Assembly: GCA_025963485.1 (NCBI GenBank)
Contig: JAOQAO010000187.1
Span: 1 to 55,053 of the forward strand
Length of the DNA: 55,053 nucleotides
From: Bacteroidota bacterium
GTDB lineage: Bacteria > Bacteroidota > Bacteroidia > Chitinophagales > LD1
Direction of reading: 5' to 3'
Every line of letters starts with the position of its first letter. Position 1 is the stretch's first letter. Below, in pieces: positions 1-8,768 of the stretch. The notes below the pieces were generated by a model that worked only from the letters and a program-made list of their open reading frames with translations, had not been told where the DNA came from and made no database searches. A program made the position numbers and the translations under genes.

Positions 1-1298
1 TCTTAGGCCTGATGAGCAGAAACAGTGAAAAGATCAACGCGCTCAACTCTCTCATCGAGCAATACCCTAAGTCGGTATATGTGGACCAGGCAGTATTCGA
101 GAAGGGTGAAACCTATACGGAAATGGACAATAATAGTGCTGCAGTGGCTGCATACAAGGAAGTGATCTCGCGCTACCCAAATAGCACACTGGCACCAAAG
201 GCTTATTTAAAAACAGCCCTTGCACTATACAATGGCAATAAAAAGGAGGATGCACTTGACTTTTACAAGACAGTCATCAGCAAATACCCGGAGAGCAGCC
301 AGTCCAAAAGAGCCATCGCCGCGATCAAAGACCTCAGTATAGAATTGGGTAAACCGGAGGAATATTCTCCGTATGCCTCATCGGAGCCTGAGCGTGATTC
401 ACTCACCTACCAGGCTGCAGAGAATGCCTATGTCAATAATGATTGTATCAAGGCTGTAACCTTATTCCAGGCTTATTACAGCCGTTTCCCTAAAGGGATA
501 TTTTTCAATGAAGCGCATAACTACCGTGCGGAATGCCTGCTGAGGAATAAGGACTATCCGGATGCCTTTGGCGACTATCAGGCCATCATCGGCAATAAAT
601 ACGCCAAGTACTATGAGCATGCCCTGCTCAACGCATCAGGTATAGCACTCTATGAAATGAAGGATACAGCGCAGGCGTACGCACTATATGTGAAGCTTTT
701 TGAAGCAAGTACGACTACAGCCAACACCTATACGGCCATACTGGGTGTCATGAAAACAGCTTATAAACTGCAGAAATACACAGAGGCAGCGGCCTATGCA
801 GACAGGGTGCTCGACAATGCCAACAGCAAAGAAGGCGATATCAATGAAGCACTCTACATCAAGGCCCAATGCGCGCATCTCATGAAACAAGACGATATCG
901 CCTATATAAACTATAACAGGCTATCTATGGCGACAGTAAGCGAACGTGCTGCCGAGGCTAAGTATATGGTAGCTCTGCTCCTCTACAACAAACAGGAATA
1001 CAAGGCATCTCTCGATACTTGTTTCAGATTGAAGAACCGCTTTGCCAGCTATGACTACTGGGTGGTGAAAGGTTTTATCCTGATAGCGGATGACTATCTG
1101 GCCATGAATAATTCTTTCCAGGCTAAGGCTACGCTGGAGAGCATCATCGGAAATTATAAAGGTGACCGTGCACTCATCAATGAGGCGCAGGCAAAGCTGG
1201 ATAAACTGCAAAACGACGAGCTAAAAAAATCAAAGATACAGACAGTGGCCCCGAGCGATTCGATCATCATGGAGCAGGAACCGCCAACTAATAAATAA
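1..1298 (+). CDS. Tetratricopeptide-repeat protein (BamD/CpoB-like TPR array), 5'-truncated by the window edge
   Basis: The frame is open upstream of the ATG at 12. Repeated TPR helices with 'YPxS...A' turns (EQYPKS, SRYPNS, SKYPES). Sits directly upstream of a beta-barrel gene, a common Bacteroidota pairing. Confidence 0.85.
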   Translation, partial: LGLMSRNSEKINALNSLIEQYPKSVYVDQAVFEKGETYTEMDNNSAAVAAYKEVISRYPNSTLAPKAYLKTALALYNGNKKEDALDFYKTVISKYPESSQSKRAIAAIKDLSIELGKPEEYSPYASSEPERDSLTYQAAENAYVNNDCIKAVTLFQAYYSRFPKGIFFNEAHNYRAECLLRNKDYPDAFGDYQAIIGNKYAKYYEHALLNASGIALYEMKDTAQAYALYVKLFEASTTTANTYTAILGVMKTAYKLQKYTEAAAYADRVLDNANSKEGDINEALYIKAQCAHLMKQDDIAYINYNRLSMATVSERAAEAKYMVALLLYNKQEYKASLDTCFRLKNRFASYDYWVVKGFILIADDYLAMNNSFQAKATLESIIGNYKGDRALINEAQAKLDKLQNDELKKSKIQTVAPSDSIIMEQEPPTNK

Positions 1299-1304
1299 CG
1301 CAAC

Positions 1305-2945
1305 GTGAAAAGCAAGCATCAACATAACAGGTCAATGAGGTATATCGGATATGCCTTTATATCTGCATGCTTTATGGCAGGAAGCTTTGGCGCCTATGCT
1401 CAAACAGGAACCAATGACCAGGTCATCATTACGCGTGAATATGAAGCGAAGGTAAAGGACGCCGACAAGGTGAGCCTCAGTCCGAACATACCAGAGGAGG
1501 AAGATCATACACCTAAGCTATCTTATAAAGTACCTGAGCGGGATTTCAAGGACATTCCTTTCGAGCCTAATCCACTGAAGCCGCTGGGCATGAGCACGGA
1601 TAAACTTGAAAGATTCAACTCCTCTTATATTAAACTGGGATTTGGCAGCCAGCTGACGCCGCTCGCGGAGCTGATGTATAATGACAATAAGTCAAAAAAG
1701 ATCAAATACGGTTTCTTCTACGATCACCTGTCGCAATATGGATTCCATATCAAAAATCAGAAGTTTAGCGATGATAAGGCCGGCGCCTATGTGAAGTACG
1801 ATCCGGGCAAAGTAGAGCTAAGTGCCGGTTTCCAGTTTCACAATCTTCGGACGCACTTCTACGGCTCCCCTGATACGGTATATGACGGCAAAGCGATACG
1901 CCAGAACCTCCGCGACTATGACCTGAATATCGGCCTCAAAAACAGCCAGAAGAATAAGATCGGCATCGACTATGCGGCAGCGCTTCGTGGTAACTATATG
2001 CAGGAAACCTATGGAAAGGGTTATGAATATTTTGTAAATGGCAAAGTAGGCGCTGCATATACCTTCCTGAAGTACCACTCTGCATTTGCAGGATTCCAGG
2101 CAGATATTTCTAACTACACATCGGGCAGGCAAAGCCTGACGCGCAATCTTTTCCTGACCAATATCGGTTATGGCTTCAATAATGATGACTGGAAAGCCAG
2201 GGCGGCTCTGACCATCGCTGCTGATAATGGCAAGGTCTATGCCCTGCCCGATCTCTATATCGAGAAAAGGCTTTATCAGCATAAGCTACTTGTTTACGCA
2301 GGCTGGGAAATACGTTTCCAGAAAAACTCATTCAAGACCCTGTCTGAGAGAAACAACTTTGTCAACTCGGATATAGAGCTCAAGAATACACGTATCAGTG
2401 ATTTCTACGGCGGGCTCAAAGGCACGGTCGAAGGTTTCTCCTATAATATACGTATGGCCTACAGAAACATAAGCAATATGGGCCTGTACTATAGTGACTA
2501 TTTCGATAACAAGCGATTCTATGTTTCCTACGATCCATCGGTAAGTGATTTTAATGGTTTGCTAGAATTGGGGTATAACCATAAAGACGACCTGCGTATC
2601 CTGGCTTCACTGGATATCAACTCCTATTCGCTCTCTAATAATACAAAAGCCTGGTATGAGCCGCTCGTGAAAGCCAGCATCAAAGCGAGCTATATCATAG
2701 AGAAAAAGATCGTAGTCGGAGTCGATCTATATGCCTTCTCCAATTATTATGGATTCCTCGCTCCGGATAATATCCGCAATATACATGGCACCGTCGATGC
2801 TAATCTCAACCTTGAATATATTTTCAATAAGAGGCTTTCTTTCTTTGGCAAGCTGAATAACATAGCGCACCAGCGCTACCAGATGTGGGCCAACTATCCG
2901 GTCTACGGCATCAACGGCCTCGTGGGGGCTAAGTTTAGCTTCTGA
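1305..2945 (+). CDS. Outer-membrane beta-barrel protein (TonB-dependent-receptor-like)
   Basis: Signal peptide (alternative ATG at 1335), alternating aromatic beta-strands, C-terminal ...GAKFSF with a terminal Phe, typical of Bam substrates. Confidence 0.75.
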   Translation: MKSKHQHNRSMRYIGYAFISACFMAGSFGAYAQTGTNDQVIITREYEAKVKDADKVSLSPNIPEEEDHTPKLSYKVPERDFKDIPFEPNPLKPLGMSTDKLERFNSSYIKLGFGSQLTPLAELMYNDNKSKKIKYGFFYDHLSQYGFHIKNQKFSDDKAGAYVKYDPGKVELSAGFQFHNLRTHFYGSPDTVYDGKAIRQNLRDYDLNIGLKNSQKNKIGIDYAAALRGNYMQETYGKGYEYFVNGKVGAAYTFLKYHSAFAGFQADISNYTSGRQSLTRNLFLTNIGYGFNNDDWKARAALTIAADNGKVYALPDLYIEKRLYQHKLLVYAGWEIRFQKNSFKTLSERNNFVNSDIELKNTRISDFYGGLKGTVEGFSYNIRMAYRNISNMGLYYSDYFDNKRFYVSYDPSVSDFNGLLELGYNHKDDLRILASLDINSYSLSNNTKAWYEPLVKASIKASYIIEKKIVVGVDLYAFSNYYGFLAPDNIRNIHGTVDANLNLEYIFNKRLSFFGKLNNIAHQRYQMWANYPVYGINGLVGAKFSF

Positions 2946-3145
2946 TCCGGGCAAAAGACACCTGAGCAATACCCGGTTCTAAAAAACTTATCCCCACCCC
3001 ATGTTAACAGGATGTGGATAGCGGTGAGCAACTTCCAAAACAGCTCTTCTTTAAAACAAGTATCATTGCGCTCATTGCAAAGGCATTATTGCGTAATTGT
3101 TATGCTATCCATATGGCGGCTAACTCAATGGTTTACAAGGTATAA

Positions 3146-4192
3146 ATGGATATTTCGGTTTACATACAGGATCTGCTCTGGGAATATGAATGCGTCATTA
3201 TACCCGGTTTCGGAGGCATATTGGCCAGCTACCGGAGTGCAGAAATGGTGTTAGCAGAGCATACATTATATCCACCATCGAAGGCTTTAGCCTTCAATGA
3301 ATACCTCACCAACAACGATGGCCTGCTGATCAATCATATCTGCCAAAAGGCGGGAATGGACTACGCACAGGCAGCTGAAGAGGTAGAGAACTGGGTGCAA
3401 AAAACCCGGAAACTACTCTCTAATAACGAAGAGATATACCTGCCGTCTATCGGGCGATTTTATAAGGATGTTGAACGTAATCTGCAGTTCACTGCCGATA
3501 CTAAGGCAAACTATCTATACTCGGCATACGGCCTGAGAAAAGTGGTAGCGTCACCAGTACTGAAGGATAAATCTGATGCGACCATAGAGGTCATAGAGAA
3601 GCACCGTCCGTCATATGCGCTTGAGAGCCAAAGTAGGAATAACCCGTGGGCAATGGCTGCAGTCATCCTACTCTTCCTGACTATCGGGAGCCTCGTCAGC
3701 ATGATGTACCAGGGAGTGAATATCAAGCCACTCGACCTGAATACTTCCAGTGTATTGAGCTTCATGGAGCGAGTGGACAAGCGCCCGGATGCTATACCGG
3801 AACCCAAAGTGAGCCTCAACAGGGAAATACCTGCGCTCGTAGCCAATAACGAGCAGCCTGTCATAATAAAGGCGGAAACGACTGTAGATTCTACGACCGA
3901 CCATACTTCGCCTCCTGTCAGAGTACAAATGGAAACTACCAGTACAGGTGTGTCAAGCGCCACCGGCAAAAAGTATTATGTGATCATTGGTTCATTCCAC
4001 GAACCGAGGAATTTGCATAATGCGGAAGCTTTCCTGAGAGAGCACCATCCATCTGATGCACCTTTTGAAGATACCACACCGGATTGGGTACGGATCGGTT
4101 TCTATGCCGGTGATACTTATCGGGAAGCGTTCCAGAAACTCCAGGAAGCCCGCCATGACGATCAGGCATACTGGTTGCTGGTACGCCAATAA
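3146..4192 (+). CDS. HU-CCDC81-domain / single-TM / SPOR-domain protein
   Basis: N-terminal 'YIQDLLWEYECVIIPGFGG' and 'FNEYLTNNDGLL' (tandem HU-like domains), a TM helix (WAMAAVILLFLTIGSLV) and a C-terminal SPOR-like 'YYVIIGSF..RN..A'. Confidence 0.8.
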   Translation: MDISVYIQDLLWEYECVIIPGFGGILASYRSAEMVLAEHTLYPPSKALAFNEYLTNNDGLLINHICQKAGMDYAQAAEEVENWVQKTRKLLSNNEEIYLPSIGRFYKDVERNLQFTADTKANYLYSAYGLRKVVASPVLKDKSDATIEVIEKHRPSYALESQSRNNPWAMAAVILLFLTIGSLVSMMYQGVNIKPLDLNTSSVLSFMERVDKRPDAIPEPKVSLNREIPALVANNEQPVIIKAETTVDSTTDHTSPPVRVQMETTSTGVSSATGKKYYVIIGSFHEPRNLHNAEAFLREHHPSDAPFEDTTPDWVRIGFYAGDTYREAFQKLQEARHDDQAYWLLVRQ

Positions 4193-4222
4193 AATCTCAT
4201 CTTGCCTATGAAAATAACAGGC

Positions 4223-5173
4223 ATGAAGCATTTCCTTTTTGTTCTCGCGAGCATCCTTTCCATTCACCTGACCGCTCAGGACCAGGCGTTTCGTCATCCC
4301 GACGGACAGTTTTTCTCCATCAATGGTGCGAAGCTATGGATAGAACAGAAGGGCACAGGAGAACCGTTGATACTGATCTCCGGGGGACCGGGCGGCTCGC
4401 ATCTGGGCATGCATTCATTTGATACGCTGGCGGACGCCTGTAAGCTGATATATTTTGACGCCTATGGCCGGGGCAGATCAGACCAGGCTAGAGACCCGAA
4501 AGAATATACTCTGGCTCGGGACATAGAGGATATAGAGGGCATCCGCATAGCGCTGAAACTGGATAAACTCTCTATCCTCGGGCACTCATATGGTGGCCTC
4601 GTAGCTCAGGGCTACGCACTCAAATATCCGGAGCACGTCAGCAAACTCATACTCGTTTCTACGTTTCACAGCTTTGTGATGTGGCAGGAAAACGATGACA
4701 ATACCAATCGGGAAATACAAGAGAACTATCCCGAAGTATGGGATACACTTATGATACTGCGCGATCAGGGGATCATATCGTCGGACCCCATCCATCAGGC
4801 TATTTACTCGAGAGTACCGTATGGATTCCTATATGCCTACAATCCTGACTATTTCCGCAAGGGGCTGGATCCGGGCTATCCCAATAAGTTTAACCCTACT
4901 GTATATTACCAGATGGTGGGTAAGGATGGTGACTTCATAGTAGGCAGCGATATTGCTACTTTTGATTTCCGGAAAGAATTAAAGAACCTGACTATGCCCG
5001 TACTGATACTGGCGGGCAGATATGATCGTGTCGCCGTGCCCAAACTGCAGGTACAATACAAGAGGTTTTGCCCACAGGCTAATTTTGTGATGTTCGAGCG
5101 TTCCGGCCATAATCCGCAGAAGGAAGAACCGGCAAAATTTCATGATATAGTGAAAGAATTTATCAGCAAATAA
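4223..5173 (+). CDS. Secreted alpha/beta hydrolase, proline iminopeptidase-like
   Basis: GGPGG oxyanion motif, GHSYGG nucleophile elbow, GRYD acid, SGH catalytic His, signal peptide. Alternative starts at 4202 and 4208. Confidence 0.8.
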   Translation: MKHFLFVLASILSIHLTAQDQAFRHPDGQFFSINGAKLWIEQKGTGEPLILISGGPGGSHLGMHSFDTLADACKLIYFDAYGRGRSDQARDPKEYTLARDIEDIEGIRIALKLDKLSILGHSYGGLVAQGYALKYPEHVSKLILVSTFHSFVMWQENDDNTNREIQENYPEVWDTLMILRDQGIISSDPIHQAIYSRVPYGFLYAYNPDYFRKGLDPGYPNKFNPTVYYQMVGKDGDFIVGSDIATFDFRKELKNLTMPVLILAGRYDRVAVPKLQVQYKRFCPQANFVMFERSGHNPQKEEPAKFHDIVKEFISK

Positions 5174-5174
5174 A

Positions 5175-5897
5175 ATGACACCAATGACCCGTCTCTCTGT
5201 CAATATAAATAAGATAGCCCTGCTGCGAAATGCGCGTGGCAGCAATATTCCTGACCTCGTGCAATTCGCACGGGACTGCGAGTCCTTTGGTGCACAAGGC
5301 ATCACGGTGCATCCACGACCTGATGAGCGACACATACGGAGGAGTGATGTTTACGAACTGAAAAAATCGGTCACTACCGAATTTAATATTGAAGGGTATC
5401 CTTCGGAGGAATTTGTCAAAATGGTACTTGAAGTCAAACCAGAGCAGTGCACACTCGTACCAGACGAGCCCGGACAGCTCACCTCGGATCACGGATGGGA
5501 TACAATAAAACATGCAGGAATGCTGACAGAAATTATAGCTAGTTTGAAGCAGGCAGGCATCAGGGTCTCCCTGTTTATAGATCCGGTCAATGTATTGATA
5601 GATGGAGCCCTGAAAGCCGGCGCGGACAGGATAGAGTTTTATACGGGGCCTTTCGCCCATGATTTCTACAAAGACAAAAATGCAGCCGTAAAGGATTTTG
5701 CTATTGCCGCAGAATATTGCAACAAAATAGGGATCGGCATCAACGCGGGCCATGACCTGAATCTGGACAATCTTAAATTCTTTAAACAACATATACCGGG
5801 CCTGATGGAAGTATCTATCGGCCATGCGCTGGTGCGGGATTGCCTGTATTATGGACTGGAGAATACGCTGCAACTATACAGGCGGCAACTGGAGTAG
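5175..5897 (+). CDS. pdxJ: Pyridoxine 5'-phosphate synthase
   Basis: LSVNINKIALLRNARG, GITVHPRPDERHI, NAGHDL and EVSIGHA motifs. Confidence 0.97.
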   Translation: MTPMTRLSVNINKIALLRNARGSNIPDLVQFARDCESFGAQGITVHPRPDERHIRRSDVYELKKSVTTEFNIEGYPSEEFVKMVLEVKPEQCTLVPDEPGQLTSDHGWDTIKHAGMLTEIIASLKQAGIRVSLFIDPVNVLIDGALKAGADRIEFYTGPFAHDFYKDKNAAVKDFAIAAEYCNKIGIGINAGHDLNLDNLKFFKQHIPGLMEVSIGHALVRDCLYYGLENTLQLYRRQLE

Positions 5898-6040
5898 CAA
5901 ATCCCCCGGCCTGCGGCCGCCCCCTTTTCAAGGAGGATTTTATCCCAACAGGTTTATTGGTTCTGGATATTGCATTTAGTAGATGCTATTGCCCTTCCTT
6001 TGAAAGGGGACAGGTGAAATCGGCTTTTGCTAAAAATAAA

Positions 6041-6093
6041 TTTGGAAATATAAAAATGCTCTGTACATTTGTATTTAGATATTTGTCTAAATA
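6041..6093 (+). promoter_or_regulatory. Bacteroidota housekeeping promoter with an adjacent palindromic operator (probable SdpR site)
   Basis: TTTG (6041-6044), a 19-nt spacer, TACATTTG (6064-6071), then the inverted repeat TATTTAGA-N6-TCTAAATA (6072-6093). Confidence 0.7.
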
Positions 6094-6111
6094 TACAATC
6101 ATCTTACAATT

Positions 6112-6390
6112 ATGAACTCATTATTCAAAGCGCTGAATGACCAGACCAGGCGGGACATACTGGAGCTCCTTAAAAAAAAGGATATGACGGCGGGAGAAAT
6201 AGCTGATGAGTTCAGCTTCTCCAAGCCGACCATCTCCCACCACCTGGACCTGCTGAGGCAGGCAGGCCTGGTGGAAAGTGTGAAGCAGGGCCAGTATATA
6301 TACTACTCGCTCAATACAACGGTGATGGATGAGATCGTCACATGGTTCATTCAGTTCTCAGACAAGAAAAATTCAAAAACAAAAAAATAA
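6112..6390 (+). CDS. sdpR: ArsR/SmtB-family autorepressor, SdpR-like
   Basis: FKALNDQTRRDIL...TAGEIA...SKPTISHHL..L winged HTH; followed by an SdpI gene. Confidence 0.88.
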   Translation: MNSLFKALNDQTRRDILELLKKKDMTAGEIADEFSFSKPTISHHLDLLRQAGLVESVKQGQYIYYSLNTTVMDEIVTWFIQFSDKKNSKTKK

Positions 6391-6395
6391 ACGTC

Positions 6396-7070
6396 ATGGA
6401 AAATTTTAATTATAGAAGGGAGATTCCCTTGTGGTTACTGCTGATAGCACCTATTATATACATCATCATCGCCTGGAGCAGTCTTCCGGAAAGGGTGCCT
6501 ATCCATTTTGATATAAACGGCCACGCCAATAACTGGGGAAGCAAAGAAGCGATATTCCTGATGCCCGGAGCCGGTGTTTTCACATACCTTCTGCTCCTAT
6601 TCCTGCCGCAGATCGATCCCAAGAAAATGAGTGTGGAATTTTTCAACTCCAACTTTTATAAGATAAGGGTAGCAGTAACGATCTTCCTCTCCGTCATCAG
6701 CATCCTGATCACTTATATCACTCTCACACATGACACAGGCGGTCTGGCAGTGAGGTTTATACCCATATCCGGGCTTCTACTCATATCAGTGATCGGTAAC
6801 TTCCTGATCAATGTCAAGCCGAATTGGTTCATAGGTGTGCGCACTCCATGGACCCTGAGCAGCGATCATGTCTGGAAGCAAACCCACCTGGTACTGGGCA
6901 GGATATGGTTCTATGGCGGATTTGCAGGTATCATACTGGCCCTGATAGTTGGTATCAAATGGCTGGCGGTGGTGATGTTAGCCTTTGCGATAATATCTAC
7001 TGTGGTCGCGGTGGTATACTCCTACCTGCTATACAGGAATGAACAGAAGAACAATGGCGTAGAGAGCTAG
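6396..7070 (+). CDS. sdpI: SdpI-family immunity membrane protein (DUF1648 + SdpI)
   Basis: LPERVPIHF..NG.AN.W, then PNWFIGVRTPWTL...VW..TH; about six TM helices. ATG at 6396 is preferred to the upstream start at 6342. Confidence 0.88.
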   Translation: MENFNYRREIPLWLLLIAPIIYIIIAWSSLPERVPIHFDINGHANNWGSKEAIFLMPGAGVFTYLLLLFLPQIDPKKMSVEFFNSNFYKIRVAVTIFLSVISILITYITLTHDTGGLAVRFIPISGLLLISVIGNFLINVKPNWFIGVRTPWTLSSDHVWKQTHLVLGRIWFYGGFAGIILALIVGIKWLAVVMLAFAIISTVVAVVYSYLLYRNEQKNNGVES

Positions 7071-7093
7071 ATGAGATTTTTTATATTCACCCT

Positions 7094-7678
7094 ATGAACG
7101 CGGCGGGGATAAAGGATGACATAACGATAGGGCAAGCACTTGCAGATTTTTTCCAGCAAAATGACCTTGGCGAGAATGGCGGAGCCGATGCCAGGTGGGT
7201 CAAACTCAAATTGGGCAGGTTTTATATACCATTCCCCAATACTCCGGGTCGTAAGGAGGCTGTGAAATACCACGATATACACCATATAGTGGCAGGGTAT
7301 CCTACTACCTGGAGCGGTGAGGCTGCGATAGGCGCATGGGAGATCTCCACAGGATGCGGAGACTACAGGGCTGCCTGGATATTTGACCTCGGCGTATTCG
7401 CGCTTGGGCTTTTTATTTTCCCCCGCACCATTTTTCGAGCATTCATAAGAGGGCGGAGGTCTTTAAATTTCTTTCACCATACGTATCCGTATGAGCAGAT
7501 ATTGGAGATGAAAATATCAGACGCCCGTGTCAAACTCAATCTGCACAAAGCTGACCATAAAGACCCGGATGCCCCGGAGGTAATAGAATTTGTACTGTGG
7601 TGGCTGATAGCCTATATCGTGTCGATGGTAGTATTTGTGGCGCCGGTGGCTATTCCGATCATAATTTTAGTGGGTTAG
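7094..7678 (+). CDS. Coq4-like protein with HDxxH-x11-E metal-binding motif
   Basis: HDIHH-IVAGYPTTWSG-E matches the Coq4 spacing exactly; C-terminal TM helix. Confidence 0.6.
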   Translation: MNAAGIKDDITIGQALADFFQQNDLGENGGADARWVKLKLGRFYIPFPNTPGRKEAVKYHDIHHIVAGYPTTWSGEAAIGAWEISTGCGDYRAAWIFDLGVFALGLFIFPRTIFRAFIRGRRSLNFFHHTYPYEQILEMKISDARVKLNLHKADHKDPDAPEVIEFVLWWLIAYIVSMVVFVAPVAIPIIILVG

Positions 7679-7680
7679 AG

Positions 7681-8085
7681 CTATCCTGATCCCCTTGGTT
7701 TCCTTATCCTCATATTGGGATCATTTCCAATAGGGACCTCGTCTTCACCTGACTCCTTTGGTATGGGTTCATTTAACCCTTTGGGATTATCGCCATATTC
7801 ATTAGCATACGGTTGACCATCTTTAAATAACAGGACTAAAAAATAACCGGGGATCAGCTGAAACCAGCCGCTGTCGTCCAGATCGTGACATCGCTTCGCA
7901 CCTTGTGCCCCCAAAATCAGTAAAAAGGGGATCCTTAAAATATAGCTCAACAGCCTTCCATCGCCCTTCTTCTCCGGCTCCATGGCAAACATGATGATCA
8001 GCGTGATCCCTATGTATAAAACAAAGCTTATGACATACTCAAATCTCCGGATGCGGCCTTCAAACGAAAATACATTCCGAAACAT
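7681..8085 (-). CDS. DUF805 (YhaH/YhaI-like) membrane protein
   Basis: FSFEGRIRRFEY, KRCHD..SGW and G....NEYG.NP signatures. Confidence 0.88.
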   Translation of the reverse strand: MFRNVFSFEGRIRRFEYVISFVLYIGITLIIMFAMEPEKKGDGRLLSYILRIPFLLILGAQGAKRCHDLDDSGWFQLIPGYFLVLLFKDGQPYANEYGDNPKGLNEPIPKESGEDEVPIGNDPNMRIRKPRGSG

Positions 8086-8125
8086 AGCTTCGCATTAAGA
8101 GAATAACTGAATACAGGTGGCCCTA

Positions 8126-8458
8126 TCAATAATGATGACTGTTCAACAAAGATCCTAGCGATATCATGGATCCTACAGCTATCAGGTAGATGAGTATGAT
8201 GACCAGGTATATAGAGCTCAAAGAAACGCCTACGATAGCACAAATCCTCCCTGCCTTGAGATTCTGATAACCGGTATAAAGATCCGGACTTTCCAGATAC
8301 AACTTCTTAGGACCGCTGGATATGGCAAGGGCGATAATGCCAAGCAGCAGGCCTATAAATCCATAGCAGAAGCAAAATACAATGGATAATATCCCAAGTA
8401 CCAGCGTAGCGGTAGAATTAGGGAGTTCGGTTTTTCTTTCGTAGGGATTTGGAGTCAT
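8126..8458 (-). CDS. CCC-motif / DUF4190-like small membrane protein
   Basis: LPNSTATLVLGILSI..CFCYG...AGRICAIVG; two TM segments. Confidence 0.8.
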   Translation of the reverse strand: MTPNPYERKTELPNSTATLVLGILSIVFCFCYGFIGLLLGIIALAISSGPKKLYLESPDLYTGYQNLKAGRICAIVGVSLSSIYLVIILIYLIAVGSMISLGSLLNSHHY

Positions 8459-8757
8459 AAATGTTTGATTATATAGCTTGTAAAAATAAGGGCTGCGTTA
8501 AAAATAAAAATATATTGCAATATAATATGTCCGTAAGCAAATTTAAACTTCACATGCAATATCAATATTATAAACATCAAAAGCATGGGAATAGTGGCGG
8601 GATAAACCCGGATACTATCATATACCTGTCCCTGCAGTAGTAATAATACCGAACGCTGCAGGCCGCAGCCCGGACACTCGAACCCCAAATAGGCCTTGGT
8701 AGGACAAGTAAACATATTCTTGCCCAGAAAGGCCAGTATATCGCTGTAGTAACTCAT
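8455..8757 (-). CDS. DUF2752 membrane protein
   Basis: CP.K...G.ECPGCGLQRS motif; 4-bp ATGA overlap with the next gene. Confidence 0.85.
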   Translation of the reverse strand: MSYYSDILAFLGKNMFTCPTKAYLGFECPGCGLQRSVLLLLQGQVYDSIRVYPATIPMLLMFIILILHVKFKFAYGHIILQYIFIFNAALIFTSYIIKHL

Positions 8758-8768
8758 TTACCTGTTAA

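Noticed and set aside
5163-5873. 236-aa antisense ORF over pdxJ, with similar shadow ORFs at 43084..43716, 32102..32824 and 45424..45987
   Set aside because: Each lies opposite a well-supported gene and has no recognisable motifs; these are codon-bias shadows.
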